From Octopus sinensis (taxonomy: Eukaryota), in NCBI RefSeq assembly GCF_006345805.1, contig NC_043006.1, forward strand, positions 30,876,001 to 30,940,000: a stretch of DNA of 64,000 bases, in the 5' to 3' direction. Positions 1 to 12,302 of this stretch are shown piece after piece. The position numbers and the translations under genes are program-made. Position 1 is the first letter of the stretch, and each line of letters opens with the position of its first letter. A model generated the notes under the pieces. That model made no database searches, was not told the DNA's origin, and was given only the letters and a program-made list of their open reading frames with translations.

Positions 1-1049
1 ATGGAGACTTCTGCACTGTAATAGAGGAAGAAAATTACTTATCTATGTTGTTATTGGAAGGACCACAAGATGAAATTGAGGACCTACAAGTAATGATGGG
101 GGTGAGTTTAGGGTGCAATGTTGGTGCAACACATCTCAGTTGTGGCCAATAATTTAAAATGTGTTATTGTTTGTTGTGACATAGGCAGAGGGGAAACTGA
201 AATGATAAATGGAGAAGGAGTGAATGGCAGTTGAAGATGTTAAATGTAGGTGAGGGGAAAGTAAAAGCATTGTGATTACCATGAGATGTAGTGAGAGGTG
301 TTGCAATGGCTGGAATAGCAAGTAAAAGAATTGGAAGCAATACATACCTCATGTTGATTTTAAAGTATAGAAGTTCACACATGAGCACATACACTTTTAC
401 ATATGCACATGTGCACACACACACACAAGTGATATAGATTTTTGTTTTCCCCACTGAATCTCATATATGACTATTGTTAAGACAGCATTTAAGTAGAAAG
501 AGTTCCATGGCTATAAACAAAGTTTGGTTTGATTTTATAACTTTGTCCACAACACTGTTGTTAAAGAGGGTTGATCCAAGTGTGCTGTTATTAATAACTA
601 CACTGCAATGGGGTACAAATTGAAACCAGCCTATTTCAAAAGTGTTATTGTCAAAGCCTTTTCTCTTGTAAGATTTTTATGGAACAAATATCACAACAAT
701 ATTGGTACCATTGAATTGTTGCTTCCGTACAAACACTGTTCCTTGACACAGAACAAAGCACAACGTCTTCATATACAAGTCTAAGACTATTTGAAGTATG
801 ACAGGCATTGCCAATTTAGATTTTCCAAGAAATGCAGTGGTTTGTATAGAAAATGTTTCTTTTTTATTCTTTGATTATTTCCAAATAACACCATCATGAT
901 TCCTTTGAGATTGCTGTTAACATATTGTGATCTCTCTCTCTCACATACACAGAGTTTGTCATTGGCAATAATAAAGTATGAATTTGTATTTGTTTTCTCA
1001 TTTTGTCTTTTATCTAATTGTGTATGTACAAAGGAATCATTTGCATGTG

Positions 1050-1190
1050 TATACAATATAAACCGTGTGTGTGTGTGTTTATATAGTATAAATCATTTGT
1101 GTGTGTGTGTTTATATAGTATAAATCATTTGTGTGTGTATGTATATATAGTACAAATCATATGTGTTTATATAGTACAAATAATTTGTGC
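1050..1190. repeat. Short minisatellite, about 30-bp unit (GTGTGTTTATATAGTATAAATCATTT), 4-5 degenerate copies
   Basis: Direct repetition of atatagtataaatcatttgtgtgtg visible in the sequence. Confidence 0.75.
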
Positions 1191-1899
1191 ACGTGTATAT
1201 GTTATAGTTCGTTTGCTTGCTTTCGAGTCGATCATGTCATCAATAACTTTATTGTTGTTCAGCTCCCATTCATTTCCGCTTTACTGATTTCCCTTATTGA
1301 TTCAACATCAATATTTTCCATCAATCATTTCTGTAGGTTCCGTTAAATCATAGGATGTTAAACGACCTTTAAATATCGTTACTTTGATCCTTGAAGTTAT
1401 TTCATTAACATCATCATCATCATCATTATTATTACTATTATTGAAGGAGCTCGGAAAACAAACTCAGCTCTCTTGCATAACTTTTAAAGGATCATATGAG
1501 CAACACCTGTTTGTTGTCCCCTGTCACTGGTGGTGTTGGATGGATTTCTTTCCATAGCTATTCCACTTTCACATAAGTCTCTTGTTCTAGTTTTCTTTTA
1601 CCATTCTTCATGCTCTTTTTCACTGTTTCATCATTATTTGATGCCCCCAGTTCCCACTCTCTCAGAATCCTTCTGCTGTGACGATTCTAAAATACAACTG
1701 CATATCATTTTTCTATCTCTCTGAAGAGATTTTACCTAATATAATGATTTTGATAATTGCTATTTAATCTGTTAGGCTTAATTGAAACAGCTGTAAGGGA
1801 CTGTTTGATTTTTGCAGATAATAAATTTTTATTAAATGCTATATCTCCATTTTCCTACTTTCTTTTGAAGGATTATAAACCATGTTTTATATATATATA

Positions 1900-2255
1900 G
1901 CAAATGAAAGACGGAAGATGGAATATATGAGAATTTATAATAAATCACAACAATTGTTCCAACACATCTAGCATCTAAGTGTAATTATTTATTATTTTTT
2001 TATAATAATAATAATATAGGCTCCAATTAAAGTGACTAATCTAAACAAATGACTGAAAAAAGATGGGCTGAACCACTGGGAATTGAACACAACATCATAA
2101 TGGAGCCCATATTATTATACAAAAACAATGTATAATTACATTTATTATAAAAAGTCGTATGTGGTTGCTTTTCTCCGAAATTTAACAGCCTTTGGGTTTG
2201 TTTACAAATTTATAAATATATATACTATACACCCTCCTCTTTGTTTCCGATTATA
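1900..2255. mobile_element. Degenerate fold-back element between (TA)n tracts, possibly Penelope-like
   Basis: Internal inverted repeat ataatataggctcca ... tggagcccatattattat; loosely complementary ends; TA-rich flanks. Confidence 0.35.
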
Positions 2256-2884
2256 CTATATATATATAATATAAGTGGTAACTAAGGAGAGTGGAGATTT
2301 ATTGACATCTGAAACTTTTTTATTAAAAAGTTTTTCTACAGCATATCTAACACTGACCTACATATGTTTCTACTGCAGCAACTGCATATTGCTCTGTATG
2401 CAATTATGCATCCTATTTGCTGCAATTTCATCAAAGATCCATCATGATGTTTTCAAAGTGAACTAATTCAAACAAACATCCTGTGTTAATTTTTAAATTG
2501 AATTGAATTCTGGTCTTTTAATCACCGGTGCTGGTATTACAGTTGAATCGTGGTTTTAAAATGTTTATTTATATTGCAATTAATTGTAGCAGAAACAGTG
2601 TGTATAAACAGGGGTGGTGGTGGTGGTGGTGATGGTGTGCAAGAAGGTAAACTGAAAAATGTCCTTTTTGTGAAGCTAAGACACATAGTTATATGAAACA
2701 AGCGAGAGTGTTTCTAGCCATTTAGATTTCTTTAATTTATTGTTTGGGTTTTTGTTGTTTTTGTCTTTGTTGTAAATACTTTATTCTGTGTGTGTGTGTA
2801 TATAATAAATATATATATATATATATATACACATATATATTTTTTCCCTCTGTCTTCCCTTCTCTGGATCTTTCCTTCTCCTAT

Positions 2885-2919
2885 GTTTCCGACGAAGAGC
2901 TCCGCTTGAAACGTTAAAC
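2885..2919 (+). ncRNA. Minimal type I hammerhead-ribozyme-like motif (Penelope-type) in a short element between (TA)n tracts (about 2840-3008)
   Basis: GTTT-CCGACGA-A-GAGC-TCC-GCTT-GAAA-CG-TT-AAAC: stem I GTTT/AAAC, stem II GAGC/GCTT, palindromic AACGTT at stem III. U4 is replaced by C. Confidence 0.55.
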
Positions 2920-3005
2920 CTTCCTTCTTCCCCTCCTTCCTGAGCGTCCAATAATACTATATTTGTTCCACGTCCTCGTGTTGTTTTGTTTTCATGTTTG
3001 GATTA

Positions 3006-3067
<62 letters not shown>

Positions 3068-3244
3068 GATATAGGAGTGGCTGTGTGGTAAGTAGCTTGC
3101 TTCCCAATCACATGGTTTGGGGTTCAGTCCCACTGCATGGCACCTTGGGCAAGTGTCTTCTACTATAGCCTTGGGCCAACCAAAGCCTTGTGATTGGATT
3201 TGGCAGATGGAAACTGAAAGAAGCCCGTCATGTGTGTGTATATG

Positions 3245-3279
<35 letters not shown>

Positions 3280-3283
<4 letters not shown>

Positions 3284-3617
3284 AAATTAACAGAATGAGA
3301 TAAAAATCTAAAGCTGTGAAAGATTTCAGAACATTTATGAATAGAAAATCTTACAACTGTTTCCGGGATGTTTTTTATATATCCCTTCATCGGAGACAGT
3401 GTGAAAAAATGTTTAAGCAATAGTTATTCTAGAAAAGATATGAAATAGAAAGTGAAGTGGAGGAATGAAAATAGACGTGTGATATACGCATGCTGATATA
3501 TGACCTACGTTGGATTCCTCATTCGCATAATCACCGAACCTATAGTCTGTCCATAGCACTTACTCAGCATTACCTGACACCTTTGGGTCTTCTTGACACC
3601 ATTACCTCTCATAACCT
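3280..3617 (-). mobile_element. Penelope-like terminal fragment inserted into the (TA)n tract of a family A SINE
   Basis: Unique sequence flanked by TA repeats on both sides and containing a hammerhead-like motif at 3348-3397 on the minus strand. Confidence 0.5.
3348..3397 (-). ncRNA. Minimal type I hammerhead-ribozyme-like motif
   Basis: Minus strand reads GTCT-CCGATGA-A-GGGAT-(ATATAAAAAAC)-ATCCC-G-GAAA-C-AGTT-G-TA-AGAT: stem I GTCT/AGAT, stem II GGGAT/ATCCC, short stem III with a tetraloop, GUA cleavage triplet. Confidence 0.6.
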
Positions 3618-3799
3618 ATATATATATATTTATATATGTATGTATGTGTGTGTCTGTGTTTGTCCCCCCTCTATCGCTTGACAACCGATGTTGGTGAGTT
3701 TAGTCCCTGTAACTTAACGGTTCAGCAAAAGAGGCCAATAGAATAAGATCTGGGGTCAATTGACTGAAACAAGTAAAAGAATAAAAGAATATATATATC

Positions 3800-4340
3800 T
3801 CATCATCGTCATCATTGTTGTCGTTTAACGTCTGCTTTCCATGCTGGCATGGGTTGGACGGTTCGACCGGAGTCTGGGAAGTCAGGAGGCTGCACCAGGC
3901 TCCAGTCTGATCTGACAGTGTTTCTACAGCTTGGTGCCCTTCCTAATGCCAACCACTCCGTGAGTGTATTGGGTGCATTTTACGTGCCACTGGCACAGGA
4001 GCCAGATGAGGCTGACATCGTCCACGTTCGGATGGTGCTTTTTATGTGCCACCAGCATGGGTATAACAACTACAATTTCCATTTGATTTCTATTTTGATG
4101 TTGATGTACTTGACTCAATAGGTCTCCTCAAGCACAGCATGTTGCCCTATGATCCAAAGTAAGCACAGCAGGTTGCCCTACATCCAAGGTACTTTTGAAT
4201 GGGCTGGGGCTGGTTATGCGAAACTGGTGTAGGATACAGCCGTGAACTCACTTTATTTGCCAGATCTTCGCAGTCACAGCATATATCCAGAGGTCTCGGT
4301 CTTTCGTCATTGCCTCTGTGAGGCCCAACGTTCGAAGGTC
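3800..4340 (-). mobile_element. 5'-truncated RTE-type LINE 3' end (family C) with (GAT)n tail
   Basis: Minus strand at about 4260-4340 encodes DLRTLGLTEAMTKDRDLWIYAV, an RTE ORF C-terminus, followed by the shared UTR (AGGAAGGGCA.CCAGCTGTAGAAAC ... CCAACCCATGCCAGCATGGAAA) and GAT repeats. Confidence 0.8.
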
Positions 4341-5562
4341 ATAACGATGGACAACATTCTGCTAAGAATTTTATCTGGCACACTAACAATTCTGCCAGCT
4401 CACTGTCTTGTAAATTACCAATTCTTATTGATTGGCACTTGAATGCTGAGGATCAAAGTTAGCTGTTATAAAAAGAAGAGGAACAAAATTATTTCTGTAT
4501 TTCATAAATAATTTAAAAATAATTTTTGGATCAGTTACAATCAAACCTCCACTCACTAATAACGGCTTAAAATAAACGTATTTCTTTTGTCAGAAACATT
4601 CTGTCGGTTTTTAAGCAACAAAAGTGTACCAAAAAGGGAAGGGGGTGGGAGAAATGTAATGTTTTTATTTTGTCTGTAATTTACTCTGTTTAATAACGAT
4701 TTCTTAAAAAGGTAAAAATAGAGATGGAATGTGGTTGATTAAATAAACCATAATATAGTTCTTGTACTTAATTAGAACCAGCAAGAGAGTATCTATATGG
4801 TTGCTCACTCTGCTAGAAAGAGCTGTTAAATCTCTCTCAGATCACACCTTTATAGTGTTCCAATAGATAATACAGTCTGAGTAAAAGACAAATAACTGCA
4901 GCTGAAATGTCTTTCCATTATTCATTTGCTGGATCAAGGGCTGACCTAGAGTTAAACACCACCACCACCACCGCCATTGACAGCAACAACAACAGCTTGT
5001 ACTTCTTTTCTCTTCTCTTGTGGAGGAAACGTGAAGCTGACTATTTTCAGCTCCTTTATTTCTATATTTTTCACTTCTTGTAATTCTTTTTTTCTGCTTC
5101 AATATGTCTGTCTTACTTTATTTAAAAACATTTCCTTGCTATTGAAAATAACATTTGTTGTTGGGCAAACTGCTTTACAAGAGCCATCTTGTCTATTTTT
5201 ATTCCAGTGTCATCTTTATTGCCATCATTTACCAAGTTCTTTGTTGAGAATAAAATTGTGTCACAGTCAGATTGATATTTCCTATGCAACACACTTTCTC
5301 GACACCCATTTTTGGAATGTATTGTGCACCCCACCCAGATCGGTTTTTGTTTTTAAGCTATTTAGTGTTGTTAGTCGTCACACCGAAATAGTTCTTTATA
5401 TCTTTTTTATGAATTATTATCAAAACTTGCATCTTGTGTGAATTCTTTTCAATTCAATATCTTTCTATTTATATATTTTGGCATTTGTAATACGTGCAGT
5501 CTCTCTCGGCTCATTGGTATCAGGATTAAAACAGTTAACAACACACACACACATTTATATAT

Positions 5563-5957
5563 TAGGTGCAGATGTGGCTGTTTGGTAGGAAACTTGCTTC
5601 CCTATCACATGGTTCCGGGTTCAGTCCCACTGCATGGTACCTTGGGCAAATATTTTCTGCTGTAGTCTTGAGTTAACCAAAGCCTTGTCAGTGGATTTGG
5701 CAGATGGAAATTGAGAGAAGCTGGTCGAATGTGTGTGTGTCTCTCTCCAGTGTTGGTGTGTTTATGTTCCTGTAACTTGGTGATTCAGTGTAAGAGACCA
5801 ATAAAATACACACCTGGCTTAATAAAGTAAAAGTAAAAGTACTGGTGTCAATTCATTTGACTAAAAAAAACTGAGGCTATAATAAAACACACTTGCCCAA
5901 GCGGGACTGAACCTGGAACAGTGTACTTTGGAAACAAGCTTCTTAACCACACAGCCA
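5563..5957. mobile_element. SINE family A (+, 5563-5862) abutting an inverted head fragment (-, about 5873-5957)
   Basis: Similarity to other family A copies. Confidence 0.8.
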
Positions 5958-6482
5958 TTAAGGAAAAGTTAATGAGGCTTGGTATTGCTGAGGAGGCAGC
6001 GGTATGTTGTCACTGGCCATGACACCCGTCAGCACTGCCTGGCTGTAAATGTGCACCAAGGAGTAAATATTTCTTTTTTTTTTTTTGATGATATTAAATA
6101 TTGTAATCACCAATTTGAGACAGAAAAACGTAATAAGTCACTAATGAGACACAAACCATGTCTGTACTGTTTGTTGTGTGTGTTATGAATGAAGCTACAA
6201 AGGTTCTGTCACTTCCCTCTCTCTCTCTCAAATTAAGTCCATAAATCAATTCTCTTATATTACTTTTTACCTTACTATTTTATGCCTACAAAACAATTGA
6301 TCAGTTGCTTAGTACTTATAGGTTAGACAAGGTGTTGCATGTCTGTTTGATGTGTGGGGACAAGAAATAACTTCATGGACTTAATTATGAATGAATTAAA
6401 TGCTGAGACTTTTAATCATCATCATCATCATCATCATCACATGACATTACTCTTAATAGCATCAAATCTCATTTGTTGTATA

Positions 6483-6838
6483 TCTTTTACTTGTTTCAGA
6501 CATTAGATTGTGGCCATGCTGGGGCACCACCTTAAAGAGGTTTTAGTTGAATCAGTCAATCCAAATACCCCTTTTTTTTAAAGTTTTGTACTTATTCTAT
6601 CAACCTCCTTTTGCTGATCTGCTAAGTTATGAGAACATAAATGCATGAACACAAGTTGTCAAGTGATGGGGAGATAAACACAGACATAAAGACACACACA
6701 CACACACACATAATGTATATGAGGGTTTCTTTCAGTTTCCCTCTACCAAATCCACTCACAAGGCTTTGGTTGGCCCAGGACTATAGTAGAAGACATTTGT
6801 CCAAGGTGCCATGTATTGCGACTGAATCTGGAACCATA
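6483..6838 (-). mobile_element. SINE family A
   Basis: Reverse complement of the tail (cttttacttgtttcag) and body. Confidence 0.8.
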
Positions 6839-7204
6839 TAAAACAAAACTGGAAAATGATGTGTACGATGACTATGTACATATAATTAACCATTATTACC
6901 ACACAGTTCTTTTTTGCAGAGAGATTAAGTGGCTTGGGTAGGACTAGTGTTAAAGTTTTGATGTTTTGGACAGGATATAGCTTGGCAGGAAGTAGCATCA
7001 TCAGACTGTACTATGGTGCCATGGAGGCTGAGCAACCAGAAGAAAGGAGTATTAAAACCAAACTCACAACAGATTTTTCTCGTTATGTCTGTGAGGTCCC
7101 CATTCATTTACCAGGCATCTATTTCCTAGATAAGTGCAGTCATTGTCACATACTGACCAGGGTCCACTGCATGCTTATGCCATTTATTTTCATGTCCTTG
7201 GCTA

Positions 7205-7640
7205 GCAAAAGTGCAGTTTTCAGTTTTGTTACCTGACATTTTGAGTTCAAAACCCATTGACATCAGCATTGCATTTCATCCTTCTGGTATCAATAAAAAC
7301 AAATTAGCTTGCTTCATGGTCTCGAGTTCAGTCCCATTACATGGCTCCTTGAGCAAGTGTGTTGCCTCAGGCCAACCAAAGACTTGGGAGTGGATTTGGT
7401 AGACAAACTGAAAGAAGCTCAGCATATATATTGTGTGTATGTGTGTGTGTATGTTCTACCACAGCTTGACAACCAGTGTTGGTGTGTTTATGTCCCTGTA
7501 ACTTAGCAGTTTGATGAAAATGACCAAATAGAATAAATACCAGGTTTTAAAAAAATGATTAAGTATTGGGGTTGATTCAACTAAAAATTATTCAAGTATG
7601 GCCACAGCCTAATGACTGAATCAAGTAAAAGAGTAAAAGA
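7205..7640 (+). mobile_element. Degenerate SINE family B fragment followed by SINE family A
   Basis: gagttcaaa...gcatttcatcctt (family B), then gttcagtcccattacatggctccttgagcaagtg...gactgaatcaagtaaaagag (family A). Confidence 0.7.
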
Positions 7641-8455
7641 TGTTCATCTCCTGAAGTCGCTATTTCACAGTCAGATAGACTGGTCCACTTGAGAGCAAAG
7701 TGTTTTGGCAACAATAAATGCAACACTTTCAGTGTTTGCATATAAACTACCAATATCTTGGCATTTGGTATGATACTCTCTTTTGATGAGGTCATCTGCT
7801 CTCAGGTCACTTGATTTACAGACCTTTTGGGTGGCTCCTTCTGACAGGTGGCCAGCCTTGTTATCCTTTTAACTCAGAAGTAGAGAATAAAGTCACCTGT
7901 GCAAAAATACCCAGGTATCCCTTCAGGTGATTTGAACCCACTATCTGTGTTGTTAAACATATACTTTCTTTAGTCATTCTGTTTATACAATTACAACAAT
8001 AATTGAATACTGCTTTTTTTTTATTTGCATTTTCTGGGTCACAGGGTTGTATGCTTCACATGCCCACAGCTCCCTACCCCTCTCTCTCTCATCATAACAG
8101 TACATTTACGTTGTTACTGATAGCAGAAACCAACCAACAAACAAACATTGAGTCACACACATCCTGCAGACAGAACAGGTTGATTCTCCTGCTGGTGGCT
8201 GTTGAAGCTACCCACAACCACCTAATCTTTACAAGTGTGAATTTAATGCTACACCTAACATCTACCCTTCTCTGACCACCCTCTGTGTCACTTTGACCAG
8301 ATTCCTTTTACATTGCATTCAACAGACAGCACACTGATTGCAAGGCTAGAGTCAGCTTTTCTTATCTCTCACCCATACTTTGCTTCCTTCATGACAATCT
8401 GCTCAGCTGGCTCAGCATTAAATTAACAGAACTCTTCTAAGCCCCTCTTCCTAAT

Positions 8456-8471
8456 CTCTCTCTCTCTCTCT

Positions 8472-8501
<30 letters not shown>
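8456..8501. repeat. Inverted microsatellite (CT)n-ACA-(GA)n
   Basis: Directly visible and self-complementary. Confidence 0.9.
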
Positions 8502-8505
<4 letters not shown>

Positions 8506-10292
8506 TCTCTTGTTTATTTAACCTTGGTATCTGTCACTTTTCATTCCTTTCTACTTTTATCTCTTCTCTTCTTTGTTCTTTCATTTTCGCCTCCTTCCCC
8601 TCTCTCTCTTTCTTTCTTTCCTTTCTCTTCCCACTTTCACCCCTTCCCTTTACTTTCCTCCCTTTCACTACCAATCTTATCTTTTTCTTTCTTCCTTTTC
8701 TTTCATATCCTCTGCTCCCTCTTTCCTCCCTTTCATACCAGCTGTGGGTACACACAGGTGTTGGTTTGTGTTTGGGGAGACAGAACTGATTTTTTTTTTT
8801 GTAAGGGTTATGAGAGGGGATTTAGGAAAACGCAGGATTGAATGAATATTGAAGAAGAAGAAAGTAAGTAAAGGTATTTGGTTTTTTTGGAGCAGACTTG
8901 TGATAAAATGTTCCAGCTGTGACGATTTTGTCTTGTTTTTAGTCATAGTACATCTTGAACTACATCATCTAATATGTCCAGTCTTTATTTTATGACATTT
9001 GAAGAAGATTTGGCTGCTACTTCATGCAAGTCAAGTGAACACAATAGATTAATGATAATCTATTTATATGAACGTAGACTTGATTAATATTTCTTTCACC
9101 TCTGTATTTCTAAGTGAGATCCTGCTTACCATGGTCTTTTTACTGAGGATCCAACTAGGTTGAAGGCTTGTGTTGGTTGACCACATACCACATGGTCATG
9201 CCACATGAAGAGTTATCTCACAGAGATGGGAGACTGACTGGGACTCTGCTTGATGGTTTCCCCAGGAGGGCCCTTAGAATATACTGGTGAATGCAACATG
9301 CTTTAAGGGTGCATACTTTGCCCCCCCCTCCCACACCTGATGTGACCTATATTTCCTAATCCTGAGTCCAGGTTTTCATATGAGCCAAGTAACCCTTTAT
9401 TTTAGGGATCAAAGTCATGTCCCTTATGCCAATGTTACTAATTTTATCATTTACTTGTGGATGGTAGACTCACCTACAATACCTTGTGGTATTTGCTTAC
9501 ATCCCTTTTTATACTTTCCTGCCAAGGTCAACTTTGCCTTTCATCCTTTTGCAGTTGTTAAAAATAAAGTACCAGTTACGTACTGAGATTGGTTTAATTC
9601 ACTAATCTCTTTCCTCTATAGCTGGCTTTGTGCTTAAATCAGAAATTCACTATTATTGAAACTTTGTGCTGCATCATGAGATGCAGCACAAAGTGATGAA
9701 AATATTTGAACACAAATTAAATTTAAATGTTGAAGTGAAAATAACAATTTTTGTGTGTCCTCCAATGGCTTACAAACATCTTCCATGCTGCAATTGTTTT
9801 TATTTCAGCACATGATCTCAGATCAAGTCACTTGCTATGCAAGTACATCTCTGTAATTTACTGTTATTATTATTATTATATAATAGTGAAATCACCTTCA
9901 AATCAAACCCAGCTAGCTTAAAACTTGTGATTGGTAAACACTGATTGGGCCTCAGAGTTCATTACAGGGACAGACAGGTGTCCACATTAACGAGAGAAAT
10001 TCCCATGGCCAGGTGTGTTAACTAAATGCTTTGTTTCATTTCCATGCCATGAGTTTCTGATAATTGGAGAGAAATAAGTTGAGGATGGTCTATTAACTGG
10101 GTGGTATGAATATATTGATAGGGATGTATGATGTCTTGTGGGATGGTCATGGCTGGAATTCCTTTAACTATGATTACAGTTGTTGTTATTGTTTAGTTCC
10201 ACCATCACAACTGCAGAAACAACAAACATGTGAAGAACACCTCTGCATTACAAAGTAATGGAAAAAGCAGACAATAGTGTTGTCATTTCAGT

Positions 10293-10675
10293 TATCTTTC
10301 ACTTGGTTCGGTTGTTAGACTGTGGCCATGCTGGGGCACCACCTTGAAGTAATTTTTAATTGATTCAATCAATCCCAGTGGAATTTTTTTTTCTTTAAGC
10401 CTGATACTTATTCTATCAGTCCCTTTTGCTGAACTGCTAAATTACAGGGATGTAAACACACCAACACTGGTTGTCAAGCAGTAGTGGGAACAAAGACACA
10501 CACATAACATGTACACACACACACACATGACAGGCTTCTTTCAGTTTCCATCTACCAAATCCACTCACAAGAATTTGGTCAACTACAGCAGTAGACCCCC
10601 AAGGTGCCACACTGTGGGACTGAACCTGGAACCATGTGGTTGGGAAGTAAACTTCTTACCACACAGCCACGCCTA
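10293..10675 (-). mobile_element. SINE family A
   Basis: Full-length reverse copy ending in ccacacagccacgccta. Confidence 0.85.
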
Positions 10676-11465
10676 TGAAAGAAAGAGAGATGGTCATGGT
10701 TGGATTGTCCTTGATCACACAGACCGTTGATCATATATATCACTGAAACTACAACAGAATGCCCCCCTCCCAAGAAGCAGAGTAACTGCTGCAAAAAAAG
10801 CTTTAAATGGGAACAAAAACCAGAGCAAAATCACATTGACAACAACCACCACCACCACCACCATCTAAAATGGGTTCTATTAAAATGTGGAGCACAACAT
10901 GTCTATTTTTAGATTTAAAACTTGTAAATAGCATATTTATTTCACATGTCAGTACCACATAACATGTAATCTCTCTCTCTCTCTCTCTCTCCTTCTCTCC
11001 CTCTCTCCTGTCTCTTCTCCTTCTTCTCAACTCCCCAACCTCTTTATGTCTGGGCTGTCAAGACACAAACTTAATTTTAATTAAGGTGTTTTACATGGAT
11101 TAACAACAGGCTGTGAAAGCAAGAAAATATAAAAACAAAAGCAAAACTTGTACACACCTCATTAAAGGAGGAGGAGGGGGGGCAACCAAATAATGAAATA
11201 AAAACAAATGAAAATGGAAATTTTTTTGCCAAAATTAGTTTTGTTGTTGTTCAGAGCATTTATTAATGTTGATATTATTGCTAAGAGTCCTTCATACCTC
11301 CTCCTCCTCCTCCTGTTGATAATGATGGGGAAGCTATTTGAGGTTAGTTTATAGCAGTAAATATCTCATAAATATTCAATTAACAAAGGTCAGAGGTCGG
11401 TTGTTAATAGATTTAATGGAAAGACCATTTAAAAGAAGCTAATTAGAAATGTAGATATCGCTTAT

Positions 11466-11817
11466 CATTTACTTGTTTCATTAATTAAACTGTGGCCATG
11501 CTGGGGGCACTGTCTTGAATTTTTTAGTTGAATGAGTTGACTACAGCACTTAAGCCTGGGACTTATTTTATCAATCTCCTTCTGCTGAACTGCTAACTTA
11601 TAAGGATGTAAACACACCAACACTGGACAGACACGAACATGAAAACAAAGACACATACACAACAGGCTTCTTTCAGTTTCCGTTTACAAAATCCACTCAC
11701 AAGGTTTTGGTTGGCCTGAGGCATTAGTAGAATACATTTGCCCAAGGTGCCATGCAGTGGGACTGAACCTGGCACCATGAGGTTGGGAAGCAAACTTCTT
11801 ACCACACATCCATGCCT
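11466..11817 (-). mobile_element. SINE family A
   Basis: Full-length reverse copy. Confidence 0.85.
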
Positions 11818-11989
11818 ACCCCCAAATATATGTGGAGTGAATGTCAAAAAAAAAACACTGCCATCTATCCGTAACTAATATCATTTTTATTAGATCATAA
11901 ATGACTGATGTATTTTGGGGGTTATGTAAGTGGGGGTGGGGGGAAACAACCTTAATTGGTGTTTGCTTTGTATTTCATTTATTTCTCAT

Positions 11990-12302
11990 ACTGGTGGCAC
12001 GTAAAAAGCACTATCCGAATGTGATCAATGCCAGGTCCGTTGATTGGCTCCTGTGCCGGTGGCATTGTAAAAAGCACCATCTGAACGTGATCAATACCAG
12101 TCTCGCCTGACTGGTTCCTGTGCCAGTGGCACATAAAAAGCACCCACTATACTCTCAGAATGGTTGGCGCTAGGAAGGACATCCAGCTGTAGAAACGTTG
12201 TCAGGTCAGATTAGAGCCTGGTGCAGCTGCTGGTTTTCCAGACCTCAATTAAACCATCCAACCCATGCCAGCATCGAAAACAGACGTTAAATGATGATGA
12301 TG
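11990..12302 (+). mobile_element. RTE-type LINE 3' UTR fragment (family C)
   Basis: Repeated TGGCACGTAAAAAGCAC units, the AGGAAGGACATCCAGCTGTAGAAAC motif, and an ending of GACGTTAAATGATGATGATG. Confidence 0.8.

Larger units (their letters stand above)
3069..3790 (+). mobile_element. SINE family A (tRNA-like head, CCTTGGGCAAGT body, internal TA/TG microsatellite, GAAACAAGTAAAAG tail), interrupted by an insertion at about 3280-3617
   Basis: A-box-like TGGCTGTGTGG and B-box-like GGTTCAGTCCC; body matches more than 15 other copies in the window. Confidence 0.85.

Noticed and set aside
4977-5441. 154-aa plus-strand ORF
   Set aside because: Non-ATG start, low-complexity F/L/S-rich composition typical of T-rich non-coding DNA.
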